Shown: positions 8,486 through 17,762 of the stretch, piece by piece
How the letters are laid out: every line of letters starts with the position of its first letter
Position numbering within the stretch: the stretch's first letter is position 1
Source: Verrucomicrobiota bacterium
GTDB taxonomy: Bacteria; Verrucomicrobiota; Verrucomicrobiia; Limisphaerales; DSYF01
Direction: 5' to 3'
Length of the DNA: 64,000 bases
Assembly (NCBI GenBank): GCA_025457615.1
Contig: JALOTZ010000005.1
Span: forward strand, 10,216-74,215
Notes under the pieces: model-generated
What the model saw: the letters and a program-made list of their open reading frames with translations, nothing else
Databases searched by the model: none
Told to the model about the DNA's origin: nothing
Program-made: the position numbers and the translations under genes

Positions 8486-11212
8486 ATGTCCGCGCAAACC
8501 ACACTCACCCCGATGATGGCGCAGTATCGCCGCATCAAAGGGGAATTGCCGAAGGACGCGCTTCTGCTGTTCCGGTTGGGGGATTTCTACGAGATGTTTT
8601 TCGAGGACGCGCAGCAGGGGGCGCAGATCCTGAATGTGGCCCTGACGCAGCGCAACGGCATTCCCATGTGCGGCATTCCACATCACGCCGCGCAAGGCTA
8701 CATGGCCCGGCTGCTGAAGGCCGGCCGCAAAGTGGCGATCTGCGATCAGGTCGAGGAACCGCGACCGGGGAAGCTGGTCCAGCGCGAGGTCACGCAGATC
8801 CTCAGCCCGGGCACCCATTTCGATGAGCGGATGCTGGCGTCCGAGCGGAACAATTACCTGGCGTCCGTGAGTGTGGGCAGCCGCCATCGCGCGGCGGCGG
8901 ACCGTCGAGCCGACACCGAAGTTCCCGAGCCTTCGGGCGGAGTCACCACCTACGGATTGGCGGTGGTGGACCTGACCACCGGGGGATTTCAGGTGACGGA
9001 ACTCGAGGGCGAGGCGGCGCTGCTGGCGGAACTCGAACGCCTGCGGCCGGCGGAGATCATCCATCCGTCCGAGGACACCGCCTTGCGCGAGGTGTTGCGG
9101 GGCGCCCTGGCCATCTGCAACGGGCACGAAGACTGGACCTTCGCCACGGACACGGCGGTGTTCACGGTGCGGGAGCATTTCCAGGTTGCGTCGCTGGACG
9201 GCTTTGGACTGAAGGATCGCGCGGCCGCGGTGGGCGCGGCGGGCGCGGTGCTGCACTACCTGAGTCAGCACCTGCGGCGGGAGGTGGCGAACCTCACGAC
9301 GCTGACCTTCTATCAGCGCTCCGATTTCCTGGCACTGGATTCCACCACGCTACGACATCTGGAAGTGCTGGAACCGCTGCAGCCGGGGGCGGCGCGCAAT
9401 TCCACGCTGTACGGCGCCCTGAATCGCACGGTCACGCCCATGGGGGCGCGGCGCTTGCGCGACTGGATTTCCCAGCCGCTGGCCTCGGTCGAGGCCATCC
9501 GCCAGCGGCAGGACGCCGTGCAGGCCTGGATGAGCCGTCCATCCACGCTCGAATCCTTCCGTGCCCAGCTCGGCGAGGTCCGCGATTTGGAGCGGACCAT
9601 CAACCGTCTCACCATCGGGAGTGGCGGCGCGCGGGATCTGGTGGCGCTGCGTATCGCCTTGGAACAGGTGCCGGGGTTGCGGGCGCTGGTGAACGACGCC
9701 GCGCAGGCAACCGTTCGCGGTTCCTCACCGGCCGGCTCACCTCCGGACCCTGGCTCTTTGCGCGAGTTGGCGGGGCAAGCGGACGAGCCGGCTGGACCGG
9801 TGGCGCTGCTGGCCGACCTGGGCTCGCGGTTGATGGATTTGCCGGACATCGTTGCGTTGATCCGACGCGCCATGGTGGACGAGCCGCCCTTGGCGGTGAA
9901 GGAGGGGGGGCTGATTCGGGATGGATTTGACGCGGCGCTGGATGAATTGCGGGAGGCGCAGCGGGGCGGGAAGGGGTGGATTGCGAAGCTGCAGCAGCAG
10001 GAGATCGAACGCACCGGGATCCCGTCGCTCAAGGTGCGATTCAATTCCGTGTTTGGCTATTACATCGAGGTGACCAAGGCCCACCTGGAGAAGGTGCCAC
10101 CCGAATACACACGCAAGCAGACCATCGCCAACGGGGAACGCTACATCACACCCGAGTTGAAAGAGATGGAAGGCCGGATCCTGGGGGCCGAGGAACGGAG
10201 CATGAAGCTGGAGTACGAACTCTTCCAGCGGGTGCGCGAAGAGATCTTGGGCCGCTTGCGCGAGATCCAGATCATCGCGTCCGCCCTGGCCCAGCTGGAC
10301 GTGCTGGCCGGATTCGCCGAAACCGCGCGGTTGCACGATTACTGCCGGCCCCAGATTGGAGCGGGCGGCGTGATCCACATCCGCGACGGGCGCCATCCGG
10401 TTCTGGAACAGAGCCTGATCGAGGAACGCTTTGTGCCGAATGATGTGGGGTTGGAACGTGGGATGCCCGGCCCTTCGTCCGGCGAGGCGACCGATGATTC
10501 CGCACTCCCCGCTCCGCCTTCCGCGCTCCCCCAGGTGGCCCTCATCACGGGGCCGAACATGGCGGGCAAGAGCACCTACATCCGGCAGGTGGCGCTGCTC
10601 ACCCTGCTGGCGCACACCGGCTCGTTCATCCCGGCCGCCGAGGCGCGGATTGACCTTGTGGACCGCATTTTCACCCGCATCGGGGCCAGTGACGATCTCG
10701 CGCGCGGCCAGTCCACCTTCATGGTCGAGATGACCGAGACCGCCAACATTCTGAACAACGCCACGCCCCGCAGTCTGATCGTGCTGGATGAGATCGGCCG
10801 GGGCACCAGCACCTTCGACGGTTTGAGCCTGGCGTGGAGCATTGTCGAGCACCTGCACAACCAGGTGGGGGCCAAGACACTGTTCGCCACACATTACCAC
10901 GAGCTGACCGAGCTGGCCGGACGCCTGCCGCGCATCCGCAACTTCAACGTAGCGGTGCGCGAGTGGAATGATCAGATCGTGTTCTTGCGCAAGATCGTCG
11001 AGGGCGGCACGGACAAGAGTTATGGCATCCACGTCGCCCGCCTGGCCGGGGTGCCCAAACCCGTCCTCGAACGCGCCAAGGTGATCCTGGGCAACCTGGA
11101 GGAGAGCGAACTGACACCCGAGGGCAACGTCCGCCACAGCACGCGCCGCCAGCAGGATCGCGAGAAGCTCAAGCTCGTCGCGCCCTCGCCCCAGATGGAC
11201 TTGTTCGGGTGA
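8486..11212 (+). CDS. mutS: DNA mismatch repair protein MutS
   Basis: TPMMAQY N-terminus, Walker A GPNMAGKST and STFMVEM motif. 908 aa, with low-complexity insertions. Confidence 0.97.
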   Translation: MSAQTTLTPMMAQYRRIKGELPKDALLLFRLGDFYEMFFEDAQQGAQILNVALTQRNGIPMCGIPHHAAQGYMARLLKAGRKVAICDQVEEPRPGKLVQREVTQILSPGTHFDERMLASERNNYLASVSVGSRHRAAADRRADTEVPEPSGGVTTYGLAVVDLTTGGFQVTELEGEAALLAELERLRPAEIIHPSEDTALREVLRGALAICNGHEDWTFATDTAVFTVREHFQVASLDGFGLKDRAAAVGAAGAVLHYLSQHLRREVANLTTLTFYQRSDFLALDSTTLRHLEVLEPLQPGAARNSTLYGALNRTVTPMGARRLRDWISQPLASVEAIRQRQDAVQAWMSRPSTLESFRAQLGEVRDLERTINRLTIGSGGARDLVALRIALEQVPGLRALVNDAAQATVRGSSPAGSPPDPGSLRELAGQADEPAGPVALLADLGSRLMDLPDIVALIRRAMVDEPPLAVKEGGLIRDGFDAALDELREAQRGGKGWIAKLQQQEIERTGIPSLKVRFNSVFGYYIEVTKAHLEKVPPEYTRKQTIANGERYITPELKEMEGRILGAEERSMKLEYELFQRVREEILGRLREIQIIASALAQLDVLAGFAETARLHDYCRPQIGAGGVIHIRDGRHPVLEQSLIEERFVPNDVGLERGMPGPSSGEATDDSALPAPPSALPQVALITGPNMAGKSTYIRQVALLTLLAHTGSFIPAAEARIDLVDRIFTRIGASDDLARGQSTFMVEMTETANILNNATPRSLIVLDEIGRGTSTFDGLSLAWSIVEHLHNQVGAKTLFATHYHELTELAGRLPRIRNFNVAVREWNDQIVFLRKIVEGGTDKSYGIHVARLAGVPKPVLERAKVILGNLEESELTPEGNVRHSTRRQQDREKLKLVAPSPQMDLFG

Positions 11213-11314
11213 GGCGGCCGTGAGGGTGGCACAGGAGGCCGGAGACGAGCGCCGCTCACGTCGGGGCGGCTTCGAGGTTCATGGCCGCCATCCGCGAGCC
11301 ATCCTGGGCGCTTA

Positions 11315-11989
11315 TCATGGGATCCAGAGGAGATCGGGATGGTTGGTCCGCCCGTGGCCGTGGGTGAAATCCCAATAGTCCGGTGCGCGGAATCGGGCGG
11401 CGTGGCCGTCGAGGAAGTTGAAGTTGGCTCCGGCGGCATGGAGGTTGGTGTGCACATTGTTCTGCTGGGCCACCGGGGCGCTGCCGCCGTTGTCGAAGAG
11501 CCACACGGTCTGCGCGGGGCTGCGAATCGAACTGAGACGGACCTGGTTGCCCGTCCCTGTGGCGTTGACATGCCGGTTCAGACAATAGTGGAAGAGGGTC
11601 TTTCCGTTGCTGCGCCGGCGGTTCGCGGGGCAAATCCAGACGCAGGGTCCCGGCTCGATCGAGGCGTTGGTGCGCCAGGCCATCTCGTGGTACGGAGGCA
11701 GGCCCATCACCTTCGGCAGGTCCACATACCAGCCGCTCGAGGTGGAGTTGCCACTGGCCGATCCGTCCTTGGGCAGAAGATCCCGGTTGTCGCCGGCGAA
11801 GAGGATGGTCGCCAGGGCCCATTGCCGGAGGTTGCCCAGGCAGGAGATGGATTGTGCCTTGGACCTGGCTTTACTCAGGGTCGGTAACAGTAGCGCTGCC
11901 AGGACGGCAATCAGCCCGATGACGACCAGCAATTCGATCAGGGTGAATGCCCGCCTCAGTCCCACGCGGTTGAAAGCCCCCTGTCCCAT
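11315..11989 (-). CDS. prepilin-type N-terminal cleavage/methylation protein, H-X9-DG (DUF1559) family
   Basis: [25 protein letters not shown] pilin-like N-terminus and a C-terminal [13 protein letters not shown] motif. Confidence 0.85.
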   Translation of the reverse strand: MGQGAFNRVGLRRAFTLIELLVVIGLIAVLAALLLPTLSKARSKAQSISCLGNLRQWALATILFAGDNRDLLPKDGSASGNSTSSGWYVDLPKVMGLPPYHEMAWRTNASIEPGPCVWICPANRRRSNGKTLFHYCLNRHVNATGTGNQVRLSSIRSPAQTVWLFDNGGSAPVAQQNNVHTNLHAAGANFNFLDGHAARFRAPDYWDFTHGHGRTNHPDLLWIP

Positions 11990-12021
11990 TCACCCCTCCC
12001 AGCAGCCCCCTGGATGGCCGA

Positions 12022-12393
12022 CTATCGAAACGCCTGGCCGGGCGGGATCTCCTTGATCACCCGACCCTCCTCATCGACCAGGTAATCGACGGGCACCTGG
12101 ATGGTCCGTCCGTCGGCGGTGGTTTCCATTTTCCAGTGGCGCACGACCCGTGTCGGTTGTGGATCAAACACGTTTCGCGTGGTCGCCACAGTGCCTTCGA
12201 CCACCCCAACGCCGGCGCCGGCGACGTTGCCGGCAACGGTCCCGACACCGGCCCCCACCACGTTGCCGGCGACCGGTCCGGGCGAATTCTGGTTGGTGAC
12301 GCGGACGGCGGTGTCCCGGCTCTGGCAGCCGCACAGGGCGAGCACGCCGGCCAGACTGGCGATGTATGGAAGTGGTTTCATGGCTGAGGTCAC
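12022..12393 (-). CDS. glycine-zipper lipoprotein
   Basis: Lipobox LALCGC and repeated GNVVGAGVGTVAGNVAGAGVG glycine zipper. The start may instead be MKPLP at 12381. Confidence 0.6.
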   Translation of the reverse strand: MTSAMKPLPYIASLAGVLALCGCQSRDTAVRVTNQNSPGPVAGNVVGAGVGTVAGNVAGAGVGVVEGTVATTRNVFDPQPTRVVRHWKMETTADGRTIQVPVDYLVDEEGRVIKEIPPGQAFR

Positions 12394-12415
12394 TTTAACG
12401 CTTTCCGGCCTGAAA

Positions 12416-13018
12416 TCAAAAGCCCACCGAGGCGCGTTTGCCCTGCTTCACGATGGTGCGTTCGTCCTCCCACACCCCGATGCCCGCGCGCGAGCTGAGG
12501 GAGAGCTGGAAAATGTAGCTCGTCTGCTTGGTGCGGCCGGCGGACGTGCGGTCCTCGATGATCTTGCCCGAGAGAGTGTAGTCCGGCAGCCGGGTGTGCT
12601 GCTTGTCCTCGAAGAACTCCTGCGCCTTCTGCTGCTCGGCGGCGAGCGGATCTTCGGGGCCGCCATAGGCGATGGTGGTGCTGGTCTGGACCTTGCCGGT
12701 CTGGAGCAGGGCCACGCGCATCTTCTTGACCAACATGTCGGTGTCAAGCTGCTGGCCGGTGTTGTTCTGGATGCGGCTGATGGCCAGCAGGGCCGGCTGG
12801 CCGGGCTCGCCGCTCTGCAGGAGGCCGGGATTGATGAAGTTGTCAATCAGGGACGCCGTCATGGCATCGGCCGCCTGGCTGAAGTCCTGGATGTTGATGC
12901 CCTCGGTGGTGGTGACCAGCCGGGAACTGTTGGGGTCCACGTAGGCGGTCTTCGAGACGCAGCCGGTCAGGACGGCGACCGCCGCGGCCCCGAGGAGCAG
13001 GTTCAGTTTCGTGTTCAT
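12416..13018 (-). CDS. lpoB: penicillin-binding protein activator LpoB-like lipoprotein
   Basis: Lipobox LTGC, then an LpoB/YcfM-like core (LLAISRIQNNTGQQLDTDMLVKKMRVALLQTGK...YTLSGKI). Confidence 0.7.
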   Translation of the reverse strand: MNTKLNLLLGAAAVAVLTGCVSKTAYVDPNSSRLVTTTEGINIQDFSQAADAMTASLIDNFINPGLLQSGEPGQPALLAISRIQNNTGQQLDTDMLVKKMRVALLQTGKVQTSTTIAYGGPEDPLAAEQQKAQEFFEDKQHTRLPDYTLSGKIIEDRTSAGRTKQTSYIFQLSLSSRAGIGVWEDERTIVKQGKRASVGF

Positions 13019-13031
13019 GCGGGTGTGCAGG

Positions 13032-13466
13032 CTATTCGGTGGTGGGTTCCAGGAACTTGATGCGGAAATCCTTCGCGCGCGGCGTGGGGGCGGTGGCGGT
13101 GATCAAAAGAACCTCCCGGGCCTCGATAGTGCGGGGGCGGGCGACGCGGATCGGTGAATCGATGATCATCCCATGCTCATCAAACCACTCCACCTGGTAG
13201 GTAAAGGATCGGGCCCGGCGGGTGCGGTTCTCCACCTCCACTTGCACCTTGAGGAAACCCTCGTCACCCATCGCGGCGTTCAGGCCGACGATCCGGACGA
13301 TGTTGTTGAGGGTCTGGTCGGTCAAGACACGCTTGTCGGAGATCATTTCCCGCGGCGCGGTTGGCGAGGCGGGTTCGACGGTGTTCACAGCCGTGGAGCG
13401 GCACCCGGCAGCCGCCAGCAGGATGGCGGCGCCCAGCGCGAGGAGCGTGAGGCTTGTCGTCTTCAT
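13032..13466 (-). CDS. YcfL-family (DUF1425) lipoprotein
   Basis: Start placed at MKTTSLTLLALGAAILLAAAGC. The core FLKVQVEVENRT...YQVEWFDEHGM is typical of YcfL. Its ATG overlaps the upstream stop as ATGA. Confidence 0.7.
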   Translation of the reverse strand: MKTTSLTLLALGAAILLAAAGCRSTAVNTVEPASPTAPREMISDKRVLTDQTLNNIVRIVGLNAAMGDEGFLKVQVEVENRTRRARSFTYQVEWFDEHGMIIDSPIRVARPRTIEAREVLLITATAPTPRAKDFRIKFLEPTTE

Positions 13467-14866
13467 TTCAGGATGAATTGGCTGACCAACAACGGACTGC
13501 TGACATTGACGCTGCGAACATAGACAACATTCACCGTGCCGTCCAGAAGCGTTACTTTCGCCTGCTGCCCCGCCCCGCCCGCCAGCGCGAGGGTGCGATT
13601 CTCCGGCGTGGGAAAGCGGGCGACCTGGAACTCCTTGGGGAGCGTGCTCCAACTGCGCGTGTCGGCAATGTTGACCGCGGCCTGGTAGATGGCCGTGCCG
13701 ATCCGGGCCAGCAGGCCGGCCATGTCATCGGCCTGCCGCGCGGCCGTGTTCACCCCGTAGGCGGCGGCGCCCTTGGCCACCGTGGCGATGAGCGTCTTGG
13801 TGACAATCGCCGGCCACTCGTTCTTGAAATCCAGCGCGATGATGGCGTCCATGCTGGCCAGCGGTTCCGTGCTGGCCTGAACGCCGTCCCGCGTCACCTT
13901 CAGGCCGGACAGGAAATCGTCGTGGAACTCGAGTTTGGGGAACGCCGCCCCGACGTAGGAGACATCGGCGATGATGATGGGCACGTCGATGCGCACCTGG
14001 TCGCGTGTGGCGGCCCGCCCGGTTTCGAGGATGACGTAGGTGAGGGGGGCGTTGGGATTGAGCCCGGTCGGATTGGCCAGCGCCTGGAGATCGGCGCGGA
14101 TGGTGGAATTCTCGCCGGTCACTTCGATGACCCGGTTGAGGGATTTCAGGGCGCGCTCGCGATCGGAGCTGCCCGCCCCGGCATGCAGGAAATAAATGCC
14201 GTCCAGAAACACGGTGAAGGGGTTGACGTAATCCGCGTAAACCTTGAACCCTTCGAGGTTGCGGGTGTTTTCCTGGAGTTGGGCGGAGAGTTTCGGGTCC
14301 TGCCCGGCGCGTTCCACGGCCTCGCGCTGCTGGCTCTGTTGCTGTTCCTCGCGCGCTTGCGCGATGCGCCGCGCGTTCTCAGTCACGGCCTCCTGCTGAC
14401 GTTGATAGGCGCGGATGAGTTCCGGCCGGGCCTTTTCGATCTCGCCCAGCGCCAGGTAGTTGAGCGCCTTGTAGGTGTGCAGCATGATCTTGTCGTAGGG
14501 CCGGCCTTCATAAGGAAGGCTCTGCTGGTTGGACAGGGTGGCGCCCACTTCGTTGCCGAGGCGCACTTCGGCCTGTTGTTCGTAGGCCTCGATCTGTGCA
14601 GCAGCCTGGTCGAAGTGTTGGTTGCTCTCCGGGTACCTGCCGAGCGCGCGGAGCACGGCCCCCGCTTCCAGGTGCCAGATCACGCCGTCCTTGGACTCAT
14701 GCTTCTTGTCCGCGCGCCTGGCGAACTGGTCCGCCGCCTCCAGGTAACGGCCCTGGGCCCAGGCGTCGCGCATGGAGCTGGCCTGGTCGCGATAAGTCTG
14801 ACAGCCGGTGCCGGCCAAGCCGAGCGCCAGCAGGGATAGCAGCACCGCGGGGTGGCGCAACTTCAT
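13463..14866 (-). CDS. TPR-like lipoprotein (COG3014-type partner of LpoB/YcfL)
   Basis: Start placed at MKLRHPAVLLSLLALGLAGTGC (lipobox). Helical TPR-like N-half. Same strand as, and translationally coupled to, the ycfL-like gene. Confidence 0.6.
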   Translation of the reverse strand: MKLRHPAVLLSLLALGLAGTGCQTYRDQASSMRDAWAQGRYLEAADQFARRADKKHESKDGVIWHLEAGAVLRALGRYPESNQHFDQAAAQIEAYEQQAEVRLGNEVGATLSNQQSLPYEGRPYDKIMLHTYKALNYLALGEIEKARPELIRAYQRQQEAVTENARRIAQAREEQQQSQQREAVERAGQDPKLSAQLQENTRNLEGFKVYADYVNPFTVFLDGIYFLHAGAGSSDRERALKSLNRVIEVTGENSTIRADLQALANPTGLNPNAPLTYVILETGRAATRDQVRIDVPIIIADVSYVGAAFPKLEFHDDFLSGLKVTRDGVQASTEPLASMDAIIALDFKNEWPAIVTKTLIATVAKGAAAYGVNTAARQADDMAGLLARIGTAIYQAAVNIADTRSWSTLPKEFQVARFPTPENRTLALAGGAGQQAKVTLLDGTVNVVYVRSVNVSSPLLVSQFILK

Positions 14867-14898
14867 AGGCCACCACCATTTCCAAATCGGGAGTTGGA

Positions 14899-15094
14899 CC
14901 CCTGAACCCGTTGCAGAGGATCGCGGCTCCATGAGCCGCAGCTGCCTCGAGGGTCGGATGAAGGAGCAACTCTTGGTGGAAACCCGGCGTAGCGCAGCCG
15001 CTGCGGGTCGCCCGTCCTCCACAGTCGCCCTGCTGCGGAGGATGGAGAACGTGGACGGGCCCGCGCTCCGGAACGGCAGGTTCATGGAGAAGAC
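14899..15094 (+). repeat. dispersed structured intergenic repeat, copy A (full length)
   Basis: By-eye alignment to 63158..63366 (same orientation) and 53779..53892 (inverted). Shared core ...CGCGGCTCCATGAGCCGCAGC.GCCTCG.GGG.GGATG..G.GAGC.AAC...GTGGA...GCTGCGGGTCGC... Confidence 0.8.
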
Positions 15095-15125
15095 GGGCGC
15101 ACCGGTGGCTTGATCAGGGGATGTG

Positions 15126-16040
15126 TCAGTGAGCGGCCGGCCTCAGCACCGCGCCCCGGGTGATTCCAAAGTCCTCGAGGACCTCCGCTGTGGAAAGCTT
15201 GGGCCTCACCGTGACGATGCGGGCCTTGCCGATCTGCGCTTCCTCACGACCGAGCACCTCGCCGGTGTCCGGGTCCACCAGCTCCTCGCCTTGGACATAC
15301 ACATCGAACACCATGCCCGGCTCGACCCCGGCCCCTTCGCCGCGATTGATCGTGATCGTGGAGTCGCGTTTGCTCAGGACGCGGATCGGAAACACGATGT
15401 CCGCCACCCGGGTGGTGATCTGCTCGGCGGCGGCGCGGGTGATGTCCAGCAGCAGCGCGTCGGTGGCCTCCGCGTTGCTCTGAAGGTCGCTGGCGTCCAT
15501 GCGGTCATCCTTGCGTTCCAGCCGGACATGGGCCGACTCCATCAGCTTGCCGGCGGTGGAATCGTAGATCTTGGCGGTGGTGGAGAGGCGGATCTTGCGC
15601 TTGATCCCCACCTTGTTGAGGTTGGTGAAGCTCATCCGCTCCGTGGTGTCCTCGAAGTCGTCGATGGTGGCCACCAGCAGGTACTTGGCCCCGGCCAGTT
15701 TGCCGGCTTGAGCGGCGTGGGGATCGCCCTCCGCCACGTTGCCCGAGCCGGCGAGTTCCTGTTCCTTGACGATCTCCTGAAGATCGCTGCGGCCGACAAT
15801 CTCGAACTTGCGGCTGGCGTTCAGACGGTCGATCAACTGGCTGTCATAGGACTCCACCACGCGGGCCAGGGAAGCGGCTTTGCCGGAGGCGGCCAGCGCG
15901 ACAGACAAGGCGGGGAGCGGTTTGATCGAAGAAACCGCCAGAGGTGCCTTGGCATCCTGGGCGCGGCCAGGGGCGGTCGCGAGGAAGAGCCCCGCGAGCA
16001 GGGCCATCCACAATGGGTTGAAGCGCAGGTTCATGGTCAT
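15126..16040 (-). CDS. CsgG/LpoB-fold periplasmic protein
   Basis: Signal peptide, then a CsgG-family-like segment (RKFEIVGRSDLQEIVKEQELAGSGNV...GKLAGAKYLLVATIDDF) and a C-terminal beta-rich domain. Confidence 0.55.
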   Translation of the reverse strand: MTMNLRFNPLWMALLAGLFLATAPGRAQDAKAPLAVSSIKPLPALSVALAASGKAASLARVVESYDSQLIDRLNASRKFEIVGRSDLQEIVKEQELAGSGNVAEGDPHAAQAGKLAGAKYLLVATIDDFEDTTERMSFTNLNKVGIKRKIRLSTTAKIYDSTAGKLMESAHVRLERKDDRMDASDLQSNAEATDALLLDITRAAAEQITTRVADIVFPIRVLSKRDSTITINRGEGAGVEPGMVFDVYVQGEELVDPDTGEVLGREEAQIGKARIVTVRPKLSTAEVLEDFGITRGAVLRPAAH

Positions 16041-16064
16041 CGGGCTTGGGGGTGGGGTGAATGG

Positions 16065-17207
16065 TTACCAATAGAGGCCGTGGTAGAACTTCAGTCCTTC
16101 CTTGGTGTCCACCTTGATGCCGCTTTGCCGGAGCATCTGGGCGTAGCCTCGGAGAACCTCGACTTCGGCATCCGTCAGCTTGCGATTGTTCTCGAGGGCC
16201 GTGTAAGCCGCCACCACATCCTTCCAGCGGGCGAACCCAGCCTCGGTCATCTGCAGGGCAACCGTGAGAGTCTGCCCTTGGTAGAAATTCACGGTGCGCT
16301 CGAAAGGTTTGAATCCCTCGCGGGTCAACCGGAGTTTGTTCAATCCCGGGGGCACCTCCAGCGGGCCGGGTGTCGAACCCACGGTGATGCCGTTGATCTC
16401 GACCGTCACCTCGGAAACCGTGGCCCGCGCGCTTCCTTCACCCAACACCACCTCGTTGTTCTCGTTGAGGCCGGCATTGGGGAGCCTGGCGAAATCGGTG
16501 ATGCTGCATTGGAAGGTGACGTTGACCCGTGAGGCGTCCAGGGACACCTCGGGCAGTGCAACGCGCCGTGCCAGGAGGCTGGCCGCGATCTGATCGGCGG
16601 CGTCGTCCAACAGGCCGTTCAGCACGTCCGAACTTTCGATCTGGAGTCCGGCGGATTGACGGAGGGTCCGCCTGGCCACGACCGTGTCCCCGGCCACCTC
16701 GCCGCCACGCGCGGCCTCCGCCAGTCGATAGGTGGCGCGGAGCGTGTGGGTCTGATTGATCGTGTTCACCCCTTCACCGGTGAAATTCCGGCTTTCCATG
16801 CCATAGCTGGCCAGGGCGGCCAGGAGGATGTAATCCGCCCCCAGATTCTGCGCCAGCCGCAGCGCCGAACCGCTGTCACTGAGGACCCGGTCGAGCTCCT
16901 GTCCGGGGGTGTTCGGGGCCGAGGTGCTGCCGGCGCCGAAGTCCTTCAGCGCATTGAGAATGACCTGTCGGGACAGCACCTCCATGTCGCCCGACGCCAG
17001 GCGGCCCGCCAGGAAGTTCTCCAGCACTGGGACCTTGTCGTCGAAGGATGCACCCGCACGGTTATCGACGAACAGGGCCACCTGGATGGGCTTGGGGCTC
17101 GCAGTTTCCACGGCGGCCTGGATTGGGTTGCTCCAGAGGAGGCTCGCCAGCAGGCCCGCGAAAGCAGCGACACACCTCCCTGACACGGTCGATCTCATGT
17201 CCAACAT
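16065..17207 (-). CDS. PEGA domain-containing envelope protein
   Basis: Signal peptide, a CsgG/LpoB-like N-half (LAQNLGADYILLAALASYG) and a PEGA-like domain (VEINGITVGSTPGPLEVPPGLNKLRLTREGFKPFERTV). Confidence 0.6.
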   Translation of the reverse strand: MLDMRSTVSGRCVAAFAGLLASLLWSNPIQAAVETASPKPIQVALFVDNRAGASFDDKVPVLENFLAGRLASGDMEVLSRQVILNALKDFGAGSTSAPNTPGQELDRVLSDSGSALRLAQNLGADYILLAALASYGMESRNFTGEGVNTINQTHTLRATYRLAEAARGGEVAGDTVVARRTLRQSAGLQIESSDVLNGLLDDAADQIAASLLARRVALPEVSLDASRVNVTFQCSITDFARLPNAGLNENNEVVLGEGSARATVSEVTVEINGITVGSTPGPLEVPPGLNKLRLTREGFKPFERTVNFYQGQTLTVALQMTEAGFARWKDVVAAYTALENNRKLTDAEVEVLRGYAQMLRQSGIKVDTKEGLKFYHGLYW

Positions 17208-17762
17208 GCGCTTTCCATGGATTCACCCGGCGGAAATGTCAACCCCGTAAGCGATGAACGAAACAGGAAAAGTCGGACCAGGGCCTCGAGGCGGATCGAA
17301 CCCTTGGAGGATCCGCCCTTCCCGGGGCCAACCCGATCTCACCATGCCGGCGCAGCTATTCTCATTGCTGGCTTGGAGCGCGGATCCGTGACCCGCAGCG
17401 GCGGCGCAACACCCTGCGTCTGCGACTGGGACGAAGACGGGTCATGGACCGCTTGCTCGGCAACCTGGCCCGCACGGTCATCCTCTACGAAGAGTATCCC
17501 TTCGCCTTGCCGAGTGTGTCGATGCCGGCCGGAAGTGCATGCGTGGTGCAGTGGAACAGCGCGCCCTTTCTGAACTACAATCTGCTCGCCGGATCCTCCC
17601 CGGACGACGTTGCCAGTCCCCTGGCCACGAACTGCCGTCCGACGGCGGGAGCACATCGTGGACAAATACCATGGCGGGCGACTGCGGGTTCATTCGCGTG
17701 CAACTCGCCCCCCCCAGCCGCCGCCCAACTCCGCCCTCGCCTTCGCCATCTGCCGACCTAAC

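Noticed and set aside
17262-17285. AGGAAAAGTCGGACC resembling the RNase P RNA P4 motif GGAAAGUCCGGGC
   Set aside because: It has an extra base and mismatches. None of the other universally conserved RNase P RNA segments (for example the ACAGAACCCGGCUUA-type 3' P4 strand) appear in the flanking 400 nt.
17291-17318. GGATCGAACCC looked like a reverse-complemented tRNA T-loop
   Set aside because: The flanking bases do not form a 5-bp T-stem, and no acceptor, D or anticodon arm can be drawn. It is just an 8-bp hairpin with a 12-nt loop. I found no tRNA-like T-arm in any intergenic region of the window.
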